Shown in pieces: positions 33,410 through 44,410 of a stretch of DNA of 44,410 nt. The stretch comes from Vitrella brassicaformis CCMP3155 (lineage: Eukaryota > Protista > Chromerida). The notes under the pieces are model-generated. The model saw only the letters and a list, made by a program, of their open reading frames with translations, did not search any database and had not been told where the DNA came from. The stretch lies in NCBI GenBank assembly GCA_001179505.1, contig CDMY01000604.1:1-44410 (forward strand), written 5' to 3'. The translations under genes were made by a program, and so were the position numbers. Positions within the stretch are counted from its first letter, which is position 1. Each line of letters begins with the position of its first letter.

Positions 33410-36400
33410 ATGAGCAACGCTGGAGGACCCCGACAGTCTGTGGTGGATGTGCCGGAATCTCCCGTGTCTGGGAACCGTGAAGCGTCGGTACCCTCCTCGT
33501 CTTTGCTGCGCCCGCCGCGGCCATCCACGCCGAACAGCGGGGTGTTGTATGGCCCTGGTACCGTGGGACTGCCGCCGCGATGGGACAGTCGGTACTCGAT
33601 GGGCAGCATCGGGAGCATGGCGAGCATCGGGACGACGGGCGGCTCGAGCCTCTCTGACCTGCCGGGGGATCGGCGGAAGTTTTTTACCAAGGCCGCTTGG
33701 CTTATGATTTGCTGTTTGGTCGCTGGGCTGCTCTGGTGAGTGAATGAGATAGATGAGTCAGAGGCGACACACACATTGCTCCATACGTGTTGTGTTTGTG
33801 TCTGTCTGTTGTCATCCGTCCGTCGATCAGCGGTGTTGCGGTGTGCGCGTTGCGGCTGGCGATCGACAAGACATCGGGGGCCTTTTGGGTTTTGTCGCTG
33901 CTGCCCTTCTCGGATAAGTCGTCTGTGCGGGTGGACAAGTGGGAGCATCAGCAAGACTGGGACTCGACGGGCTTCTGGAAGGTACGCTGGCAGCCACATG
34001 ACATGAAGGTTACTCGTGTTTCCTCTACCAATTGTGTCTGTCATTTGCTTTGTGTGCTCATCCCATCCATCCATCGATCTGCAGAGTTTTCCTTCACACG
34101 AGGTGTCTGGAGTGTACAGTATCATGATAGCCCTGCCGCTCATCGGGGGACTCTTTGCAGGTAGGTAGGTGTGTGCTTGTGCATGTGTGTATGTCACCAA
34201 CCACACCACACCACACCACCCATCCCTCACTTGCTCACCTCTCTCTCAATCAGGTTTGGTGATCGATCACGCCTGCGCCAAGGTCGGCGGCGCGGGGCTC
34301 ACCAGATCCAAGGCAGCCATCGCAGCTAGGACGGGGTACGGTGCGCACTCGTGTGTTGGCCGGTGGATCGATAACTGGGCTGGATGGATGGATGGCTGGC
34401 TGTGTGTGTGTGTCGTGGGCGTGTGCCTGTGTGTGCGTGTGTTGGTTGGGTCAGGATACCGCTTTACGAGTGTTTCTGGCGTTTTCTAGTGTCTGTGGTG
34501 TACATCGCCAGCGGCAATGGGCTGGGCATCGAGGGGCCATCCGTGCATATGTATGTAGCCACACACAAACAGACATGCACGGACCCACACACACACAACA
34601 GCCACCAATACACGTGTGTGTGTGTGTGGTGCAGCTGCGCGTCGTTGGCCTCCAACACGGCGTGGCTCTTCTCCAAGATGGGCCTCGTCGCGCCTGAGGT
34701 CATTATATCAATGGTCAGCCATCACACACTCCCTCTCACAGACAGACAGACAGACAGACGGCTTGCTGTGTCGTGGCACCACCCACCCAGGTGGCTGTGG
34801 GTTCGAGTGCGGGCATCGCGTCCTTCAACACCCCGCTGGCAGGGTGCGTCTTCATCTTTGAGGAGATATTCAAGTTCTGGAAGAGCGAAGCCGTCGGCGC
34901 GCTGCTGCTCGCCACCGCAACCGCCACATTCATTCTCCGGTTGGCCCACCAGCTGTTCCAGGAGCAATGGTGCGCGGAGCCTGGGGGGTGCATTGGACTG
35001 TATGTGTTTGTGATTTGTGTCCGTGTTGGTTCGTTGGTTCGTTGACAGGTACATTGAAGCGCAGGGGCATGTCTTCGACGACCGGGCGCGGGTCGAGCAC
35101 TTCGAACAGGCCGGCTGGATGCTGGTAAGCAGCCAATGGCCTTACCCACCCACCACACACACACACTTGTCGGTCGCACACTTATACTTCTTTGCCATCG
35201 GGGTGTGTTTTGCCATATATCAGGCGGCTGCGTTTCCTGCGGGCATTGCGTGCGGCCTTCACGGCCTGCTGTGGCGCAAGACCATGTTCCCACTGAGGGG
35301 GCTGTTCAAGAAGTGGGAGAAGAAACACAAGGTCAGTGAGGGCACTCTCACTCTCTCGCTCAAGAAGGGAACGACGTCTCAATGCGTTTCCTCCCTCTCT
35401 CTCTCTCTCTCTCTCCGTGTGTGTGTGTGTGTGTGTGTGTCTAGTGGTGGTGTGGGGCTGCTGTGCGGCTGAGCCTGATAGGCGCCTACGCGGGTGCGGT
35501 GAACGCTCTCTTCTTCTCACTCATCGCCCCAGACCAGACCATGTTCGGCATCGGCGAGCCCACACTCAAGTAACCCACCTGACGCTAACGCCCCACACAC
35601 ACCATGCCCTGAGGTATGTCCCTCCCTCCTTCTTATGTCAGGCTGCTGACGTCGGAAGCGACTTCGGAAGCGACCTTGGACACCGGTTTAGGCGGGAGCC
35701 TGGGCCTCCTCTACTACCTCCTCAAGCTATCCGTCACCATTCTCTCATTCGCCGCCAACGGACCGGGCGGAGTCTTTACGCCCTCAATGGCGTATGGCGC
35801 CGTCCTGGGGCGGCTCGTGGCTGACGTCTTCCTGGTCTTCCATGGGATGCCGCTCGGTGAGTGAGTGTCGTGACTGAATGAAATGAAGGAGGAAAACAGG
35901 CTAGGCTGGCGACATCTCTTGTGTCCGTCTGTCCGTCTGGGTTGGCCGCTCTCTCTTAGATGCGACCGCTGAGAAGATTCTTGGCGGGAGCGTGGAGGCG
36001 GGCATCTTCCGGTACGTCTGTGTGGTGTGCGGGATGGGTGCGGCCGTGGCGTCGACCTTCCGGCTGCCCCTCATGGCCACCGTCCTGGTCCTGGAGCTCA
36101 GCCGCGAGTGGTCCCTCACCACGCCAATCGTCATCGCATGCTTCGTCGCGTGGGCCGTCGCCAGCAACCTCGACCGCCTGTGGGCCTCACTCTTCGACGA
36201 CCTGGCTGAGCAGGACGGCGTCGACTACAGCGGGCTACAGGCACGGCTGGCGCTGAACGATGTGGCCATCGGTCTGCAGGGGGTGGTGACGGACCAGCCG
36301 TCCATCGCGCCCTCCCAGTTCAGCGACATGATCCAGAAGATCCGGGCCGCCACAGCCATCCGCGTGCCGTCACGCAGCCGACTACCCCGCGCGTCGACCA

Positions 36401-39305
36401 CCATGATGGTGTCGGTCTCAAAGCCCAACCCCCACAACTACCCACTGCGGCTGACGGACCCTAGCGAAGCGGCACAAGCTACCGCCGATGAATCGCCCGC
36501 TGATGGCGCCGCGACGCCCCCCCGGAGTGTGTTGCAGTGGGGGTGGGAGCTGGTGCAGGGCACCCAGCCCAAACACGGGGAGGGGTCCCCGGCTGACGAT
36601 GGCAATGTCGCCGTCGTCATCCACACTCACGGCAGGGCGAGTGACAGCCACAGCCGCGAGACGACCGCTGAGTCGATCGTCCAGGCGGAGCAGCCTGGGG
36701 GCGATGAGGACCGCGTCGTCATCGAGATCAACGACGAGAGGAGGGAGCACCAGCGGCTCCTTTCACCCCAACAGAGCCACGGGCAGGCCGCTGCCCTTCC
36801 CCCACTGCCAATACCGCCAGTCTCGATGAGAGAGGCCAGTCCGCCCCACCCCCACTCCGGCTCTCTCACCCCCCCTGCGCCAGGTGTCCGCGACCGCCAG
36901 CAGCGGGGCTTCGACTGCTACTTCGGGCACGTCATCAAGCGGCCCTCGCCCATCCCACATGCCGAGTACCACTCCCACCACCGGCGGAAAGATCTCCGGG
37001 AGAGGGAGGGTGGCATACGAATCTCGCCCGTGCCACATGCCCGGATCCCATATGACGACCAGCCGCCCTCGCCCGCAGTGCTGTCCGTCGTGTCGAGCAG
37101 CGACTTCTACAGCGACCCCTCGCACCATTCCCTGGAGTCGTCTTCATCGCACTACGCCCACAGCTACAGCCACAACCTCAATCGCAAGGCCGGGTCGGAC
37201 GACGGCCGCCCGGGGCCAGCCATCGTCCATAGGGCAGCGAAAGGGGGAGGGCGGCAGACTCGGTCCTTGACACGATCGCAACACGGGGAGGAGCTGGCGT
37301 CTCTAGCGAACGCGCTGCAGCTATCCCCCGCCCTGATCCCTTCCTCTCAGCGGCGGCCCCTCCCCCCGTCAGCCAAGGTCATGCTGCCCTCGTCCGTGAA
37401 GAGGGAGGAGTCAGGTGGCAGTGAGTCGAGACCGCCGCGGCCCGCGAAGCTGACGAGGTCCAAGACGGTGTCTCTGGCGATGGTGCAGAGGGGCTATGCG
37501 GACGAGCGAGGCGACCGGACGCCCAGGCGTCCCAGGCAGGGGAGAGAGACGTCTGATCCATCCGTGGGGGCGCAGGGCCTGCTGCTGCCGCCGTCCTCGC
37601 TGATCGGCAACGCTGACATGAAGACCTCTCCCTCACTCAGGTGAGCTCAGCTTGATGCAGCCATCCATCCATCCACCCACCCACCATGGACAGACACTTT
37701 TTGCTTCACCTTCTACTGTATGTCAGGTTGTTGATGGAAGTCAGTCGTCTGGCCGACAAGCGGCGCCGGAGGAGTCACGTGACGCCTTCGGCCACGGCGG
37801 CAGGGGCGCTATGCCAAATGGGCCAGGAGGGAGCGGCGGCAGCAGCGCAGTCCGCTCCCTCATCGATGGTCGAGGCGCCACAAAAGGCCCAAGTCGACAC
37901 CCAACCCCCTGCACCCGCAGAGGCGAGCCATCCCATAGCTCTTGTGAATCTCGCCGACCTCGCCCTCGAGGGCATCGACGTCAACGACTTGCTGCGGCAC
38001 CGCGACACCCTGCTCAAGATCAAGCGCAAGCGGCGAGACTCGACGAGCAAGCCGCCCGTTGACAAGACCAGAGGGGCCAGGACAAGCCTCGAGGCCATCG
38101 ACCAAGAGAGGGTCGCCAGGAAGAAGCGCAGCGACAAGGCGGCTGACTTCCTCCGTCTGCAGAAGGAGCGGCTGCAGACTTTCGCTGCCAGAGCCAGAGG
38201 GGGTAGTCGGACGCCATCGCCCGTCGTGTCGCCCTCGCCGTCGTTCGTCAGGCCCGCACAGCAATCCGAGGGGGCCACGAGGGTACCGCCACCCAGCCCG
38301 ATGATCACTTTTGAAGAGTGGGATGGCAGCCCGCCGATGGGTGCTGGCGAAGTGGGGTTAGTGAGCATCCCTGTGGCTTCAGAGGAGAGCCCCGTCCTCG
38401 CAGCCGCCCGATCGGCCGTGGCCACCATGGCATCGTCTCAAGAGCAGCGGCTGGGCGCGATGCTGGTACCCCCGCCATCCGACGAGGAGGATGCCTCACC
38501 TGCCAACAAGTCGGCGGTCGGTGACATCGATGGCGGGAGGGAGAGGCGCCGCGCGGATCTCCTGCATGGCAGCCCCCCGATGCCCTTTGCGTCGCCCCCG
38601 TTACTGGCCAAGAAAAACACTGTGGAGGTGCTGCCTTCTCAGGACGAGCTGCCCGTCATCATGCTCCCGGGCGGCGTCGACTACAAGCCGCCCCCGCCGC
38701 CCCTCCCATCAGCTCTGAGGCGTTCCTCAGTGCCCGCCACGGCCAGACCTTATCCCTCCCCGACATCCGTGTCCAGCGCGGCCCTTTCTGGCTTTCAGAT
38801 CGAGCGCAAGCGCGTCACGTGGAAGACCGCCGAGGGAGAGGTATTGCGGGGCGGCAGTGGAGGGGGCGGGGGCTCACCCAAAGAGGCCAAGGATGACAGA
38901 GAAACCAGCCCCACGGCCACGGCGTCCACCGGCCCGTCCCCAGGTGGTGCCAAGCCGGCACCGCCCCACACCGTGGTGTCCAAGAGCCAAAAGGGGCTGG
39001 CCAACATCATCGAGGACGAGACGGTCCGCATGTCGTCCAGCGAGTTTCGGTCGGGGCTCCACCTGTCCTTCACAAAAGCAGTCCTCGAGGAGAAGAGACG
39101 CAAGCAGGCCGAAGAGCGGCGGAGGCGCGGGGGGCCGTTGTGGCGGTCGTGGAAGTTCAAGACCATCAGGGAGGAGAGGGCCGACTCGCCGGTTTTTGAG
39201 GGCGACAAGGAGCTGAGGTTCGAGCGAGGGGGGCGGCAGCAGCAGCAGCAGCAGCCGCAAAAGCAGAAGCCGATGGGGTTCCGGTCGGAGCAGCAGGGCC
39301 GCTGA
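33410..39305 (+). CDS. CLC-family chloride channel/antiporter (prokaryote-like TM core, no recognisable CBS pair) with ~1000-aa low-complexity C-terminal tail
   Basis: CLC signatures: GGAGLT (helix D), GLGIEGPSVHI, GIASFNTPLAGCVFIFEEI, GPGGVFTPSMAYG, MGAAVASTFRLPL..VLELS..PIVIA. The ORF ending at 37644 has a donor AG|gtgagc at 37641, and acceptor tgtcag at 37726 joins it in phase to the 37686-39305 ORF. Confidence 0.85.
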
Positions 39306-40583
39306 CCTGACCTGGTCTGCCGAGCCCAGCCCACCTGTGTGTCGGGCCCCGCGTGTTGTCTATAATGCTGTCTGTCCAATGGATTTTCCCCTCCGTCCAT
39401 CGCTTCTATCCATCTGTAGCGTGGCGTGGCGTGCAGATGTGTGTGTATGTCTGTCTGTATGTGCGTGTCCATCGCACTATCTGTTCGTCTTGATTGATCG
39501 CACTGAGCTATTTTTCCTGCCTGCCTGTCTGTCTGGTGTCTCTGTCTTTATCTATTCCATCCGTCTGAGGGCTGCGTGTACGCTCTCGCTCGTTCGTGGC
39601 TGTCTGTCTGTCTGTGTGGTGTGGTGTGGTGATGCGAACCGCTGACACTTTTTTCCAGCGGTCATCCATCCATCCATCCATCATTCCATCCATCCATTCG
39701 TAATCCCTTCGCGTGTGCGTGTGTGCATCTGTCTACCGATCTGCATTTATCGAAGGCTCTGGAGGGGTTCGTGTGTCGCTCTATCCGTCCGGCGGGCGAG
39801 GAGTGTGCCCGACTGGCTGGCTGGAGGCGTGGAGGCGTTGAATGGACTTTTTGTTTATCAGCCGAACGACATGTGTGTGTGTGTATCCCCTCTGTCTCGA
39901 TGCTTTGTGTGCGACGTGTGTGAGACGTGATACGGCGGTCTTTTGCCATGCGGTGAGTGTACAGGCGACCGATTGTTTATGGGCGGGCTGTGTGGCATCC
40001 ATCGGTGCGTGTGTGTGTGTATGTGTGGTGCGTGCGGACGTCTGCGCACCCCCCGGCGACGGACGTTTATCCATCCATCCGTCCGTCCGTCCTTGGACCA
40101 TGAGTCAACACACGATACCACACGCCTTCCTTGATCTGACCGATGCACACACGCATGCAGGAAAAACACACCGCGCCGCGCCACACGGCACCCACCCCGT
40201 CAGTCCGAAAATACTGCTGACGGATTCAGTCAGAGCTCACACTAACACACACACAAATGCTCGCACTACTACGTACTCGCCGAGCATCGATTAGCAATCG
40301 ATAAAAACCGGGCGCCTCTCCCGCTCCGTCCCTCCCTCGCCATTCTCCCCAATCTCTTGTAAGTCATCACATGGCCACCCTATGCGGAAGTTCTCCTATA
40401 TGCGACGGCCGTAACGAACTTGCACCACACAAATATCCCCGCCGGTCTGGTCTCTCTGTACTCACACATACACACAGATACACGTCTACGTGGAATGGAC
40501 GTACGTACGCCTAGGACGGGATTTAGAACAAAACAGCCCCCTCCCGGGCCCACACACTCATCTCATCTCATCTGGTGAGCGAT

Positions 40584-43500
40584 TCACAGATGTCCGCGAT
40601 TCAGCTGCCTCTCGCGTCTCCGACCCTTGCCACACCGGCCCCTGACCCGCCGCACCAGCAGACCACCCGTATTCACTGAGGACAGCAACATGGCCGCCAG
40701 GGTCACTTGAGGCACCGAATCGGCAAACCAGCCAGTGCCCCCGCTCAGGAAAACGGTCAGCAGCTGAATCGCCAATATTGGGACGGTGCCGACCAGGCTG
40801 AGCAGCTCCAGGCTGCCGAATGCCTCGGCCTTTACCGGGATGGCGAAGAACGGCGCCTTGACGAGATGCGACCAGCAGAGGTGCAAGACACCGATGGCAA
40901 AGAAGGAGCAAAAGAGCATGATCACTAGCCCCAGACCGCCGCCCCCGAAGGGCATCTCATCGTCCAGGTCGTCGGTATGCGACCTCTTGTTGCTCAGCCC
41001 GGCCCCGCGAGAGGCAGTGGCCCCGGTTGTCGCGGTGCAGTTTTCGAGGTCCGGCTCCCTCTGTGGTGCCTTCTCGCCACTCTCTCCTTCTCCGTAAGGT
41101 TGAGACAAGAAGCAGGGCGATGACTCGCTCAGACGAGGGGGCACTTGATTGCCCGTGAAGACGCTCTCATCGGCCGACACAAACGTCCGATTGTAGTCGC
41201 TGAAGGAGCCGCTGCTGCCGCTTCTTGCTATACTGGAGTCGGCCAGCTGGGGGGCCTGGGGGTGCTGGAAGGGCGGGAACACAGTGTCGCTCGACAGCTG
41301 GCTCAGGGGGATGGGTGGCTCGAGAAACGACGAGCAAGCGACTGGGGCCTGGGGGTGGTTGAAGGGAGGGAGGCGGGTGCCGCTGGACAGCTGGCTGACG
41401 GGGATGGATGGCCAGTATGCCGACATGTTATCCGTGTCGGGCACGCCGCTGGTGTCAACACACCAATGCTCCTGACGCGACGCCTCCGTTGCTGTGTCCT
41501 TCTGCGCGCTGTCTGCCTGGCGGCCTCGGCCTCGATCTCGATCTCTCCTGGGCGGCACAGGGTGTCCATGGAAGGTCGCTGCCCTTCTGAATGTCAGTCG
41601 GATGGGTCGATCGCCGTCATCCTCGTGTTGCTGTTCCTCTTGCTGTTGCTGCTGCTGAGCATCTTGTTCGGACGTCTTGGTGATCTTGGATGCAGAGGGG
41701 AGCCCCGTGAGTCTGCTCCTCGACAAGCCGCCGTCATACCAGGTCCGGTAGAACGGATGACGGGACACCTGCCCACCACACACACACCCCCATCCGCAGA
41801 CGGACAGACAGACGGACAGTCACATTGTGTCAGCCGTGTCATGGATGTTGTCGTTATGTGTGTCGTTAGTGGGCTCGGTGAGACTCACTCACCCACTGTA
41901 GGTTGTACAGAACGACACAGACTGCGTTGAAGAGCACGTTGAAGAGGTAGTGCGAGCAGCCGAGCCAGAACAGAACTCCCCCCGAATTGGATGACTGGTA
42001 CAATGACGCCACAAAGACCACTGCATCCATCATCAAGACACAATCAGGGAGGGGTGCGGGGCGGGGCCCTTGTTGTTGCATGGCATGCTGACGATAGATA
42101 CCATGAAGGATACAGCCGAGTGCGGCGAGGACCGCCGTGACGACCCGCCACACCACTGTCCTGCCGTTGCGCTTTCTGGTGTGGACGGCGCCGGCCGTCG
42201 CAACCAGCACCACCAGACACACAGTCAGGAGAATAACCAACGGGGCACCATCAATCTGCACACATACACACACACACACACACGGCAGGTCGAGAAACCA
42301 GGCAGACAAACAGACAGGTGTAGGCACGCTGCCCGTCGCCTCACCTTTGCCTGGCACGCTTGTCCGTACGCCATTTGTGTGTTTGGTATGCGCAGAACGA
42401 GCAGAGAGAGTGACGTGAACCTCGCCCTGAAGTGATCGACGTCACACACGTACCCCCTCGCTGCATCCACACACGCATCCGCACCTGTGCGCCTGTGCGT
42501 CTGTATATATGTGTGTGTGTGTGTGTGTGTGTTGCTTACAAATGAGGTGGGACAGACACCATTTCGGCCCGGAAACCGAGATCGGCTCCACCTGGTCGAA
42601 CGCCCAGCCGCCCATGTGTGACCACAGCACACACTTGTAGTTGACCGAAGAGAAGGCCTCACACCGGGGGTTCATCTGACACTGAACGACCCGTCCGTCC
42701 GTCGACAACCAGACAGAAAATTGAAAGAAGAATAAGTCGGTTGGCAGGGAGAAAGGTGCCTGCCCCCCCTATGTGTACCAACCAGTTTCTGGCAGTGCTC
42801 GGGAGGGAAGACCAGCAGCGGCAGGCTCTGCAGCACCGTAGACGTGTTGGGATCAGGCGTGAGACCAAGGTGATAGCACCCACAATTGGGCGGGTCCACG
42901 GCGTACTCATTCGTCCGCACCGCATAATGCAGCTTCCCAGTCAAGAAGGACGGCACGCCCAGGTCACCGCGATGGAACGAAATCTCTTCCGAGGTGCCGT
43001 TCTTGCCGAGCCCCCAGGCATCAGGATCGGTGGGCAAATCGTGGTAGAGCGACGCATCTGCCGGCCGCAGGTGCAGCCCATCTTGGTCGAAGGGTGGCAG
43101 GGGTGCCGGGGGGAAAGATGTGCCGGGGACAGCCCCGCAGTCGCGGCCCTCCACCCATCCCGAGACTGCTCCCGGCTGGCAGATCTTCGTCTCCGTCTTG
43201 CCGCAGAGGAAGCAGACGCCGCGCTTGATCTTGCCGTCCCGGGGGAAGGCGTCCCGCCATGAGAACCCTCGGCAGCCAGGGACCTCATAACACATGCGGT
43301 GGCACTCCTGGATGATGACGTTCTCCGTCCCATGGCGGTAGTGCGACCGCGCGGAACCGCAGCTGAAGAGGTACGCAACTACGTGGAAGGGCGACAGGGA
43401 AGGCAACGAAGGCACAGACACATACAAACAATGAGAAGGAAGGCACGCGCTTACCGTTGTACTCGTAGCAAGGCCACTTGTGTCCGCCCGCGAAGCCATT

Positions 43501-44014
43501 GGGGTCCTTGTCGATCCCTCTGTGCTCACAATCCCTGCTGTGCTTGGCCCCACTGACCACCCAGTTGTTCTCGTCGTCATCGAGCGGCGGCCTACTCGTC
43601 CTGCCGACATCCGACGACTTGTAGAAGCACCCCCCCTCCCGCCGCTTGTAGGTCCACCCCTGGCACTGGGCGTCCGCCGCACAGCCCCTCTGACAGTCAA
43701 AAGGGCGGCCGACCATATGGCCGAGAGACCGGAAAGTGTCTGGGAGGTCGTGGCCTTCATATTCCACGTCCCACTCAAAACAGGAGGCGTTGGCCTGTGC
43801 AAGCTGCACGAGGGGAGCTGAACACAACGAACGAACGCATGGACGCATGGCTTACCCACACGTACGTGTCCGTCCGTGTCTGCTGACTGATGCCGTGATG
43901 CATGTGTTGCGGTGTGCGGGTACCGTCTGGAGGCACGCCCATCGCGAGGTGACTCGATATGGCGATTGTGAGGACGATGGCAGATGCTCCAAGCCGCTTC
44001 ACCGAGATCGGCAT
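40584..44014 (-). CDS. Signal-peptide protein with three PAN/Apple-like domains followed by about 7 transmembrane segments
   Basis: Phase-consistent 6-exon model. Signal MPISVKRLGASAIVLTIAISSHLAMG. Apple-like units: CFEWDVEYEGHD..DCQRGCAADAQCQGWTY..GCFYK..VSGAKHSRDC; CYEYNVAY..ECHRMCYEVPGCRGFSW..CFL..VSG..C; CYHLGL..EHCQKLCQMNPRCEAFS..KCVL..VSGPKWC. Then about 4 TM segments, a long polar loop and about 3 TM segments; stop at 40584. Confidence 0.8.
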
Positions 44015-44410
44015 GTAGGTGCTCGCACACTCAGTCGCCATGCATGGCCTTGCCCGTGTCGCAACAGATCTCGAGCATCTGGACCGCCGTTGTCGTCGTC
44101 GACACGTGCCAGTGGTGGGACGGTCTGACGGAGAGAGATCAACTCGCTACATCGACAGGGAAAATGACGGAAAAAAAGAGCTCCTTTTGAAGCCAAGCTC
44201 GCAGTGGGCCGGCCAGGTTCCGAACAAGAAAGGCGCCCAGGCAAGCTGAGCGCGGTGCACGACCCCCCTAGTGGATGGGCCTATTTGCGCTTTCGACGGA
44301 GAATGCGGATGTGTCCAAAAAACACGTCGATCACATTATCCATGCAATGAATTAAAGAACACATACAATTGCATGCATGTCCTTCTCCCTTTTGTAGAGC
44401 TGTGTGTGTG

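Noticed and set aside
37686-39305. 539-aa ORF as an independent gene
   Set aside because: Its first residues lie in a typical intron. It joins the CLC gene in phase through the 37641-37726 GT-AG intron.
39306-40583. 1.3-kb convergent intergenic region as a possible ncRNA or mobile element
   Set aside because: It consists mostly of microsatellite-rich UTR-like sequence. I found no tRNA/rRNA/snRNA signature, terminal repeats or transposase/RT motifs here or elsewhere in the window.
44370-44377. TGCATGCA palindrome upstream of the Apple-TM gene (a known ApiAP2-type motif)
   Set aside because: A single 8-mer in TG/CA-rich DNA is expected by chance, and it is not recurrent in the other promoter spacers.

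Overview
Eukaryotic, GC-rich, intron-dense genomic DNA. Short GT-AG introns are packed with (CA)n/(GT)n/(CTGT)n/(CATC)n microsatellites. The gene content (Apple/PAN-domain surface protein, plastid-type HemD leader, flagellar genes) suggests a chromerid alveolate such as Vitrella; this taxon call is inference. By manual splicing I resolve 14 protein-coding genes: cathepsin C/DPAP (5' part, -), a small Lys-rich membrane-anchored protein (+), an XK-related-like multi-TM protein (-), a single gene fusing a Dug3-type glutamine amidotransferase with WD40 repeats and a Dug2-type M20 peptidase (+), a degenerate PTC7-like PP2C (-), CFAP221/PCDP1 (+), a helical-repeat protein (-), a small ESQEIGW-motif protein (+), DRC2/CCDC65 (-), a degenerate EXO1-like PIN protein (+), UROS/HemD (-), an FHA-containing PP2C (-, after a 300-N gap), a CLC transporter with a ~1000-aa disordered tail (+), and a 3xApple-domain multipass membrane protein (-). 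The strongest novelty candidate is the Dug3-Dug2 fusion, a possible one-polypeptide glutathione-degrading enzyme outside fungi. Two window-wide patterns also stand out: polarised AC(5')/GT(3') repeats inside many introns, and near-perfect head-to-head/tail-to-tail gene alternation. Most short ORFs in the supplied track are artefacts. All homology calls come from motif recognition, not database searches.
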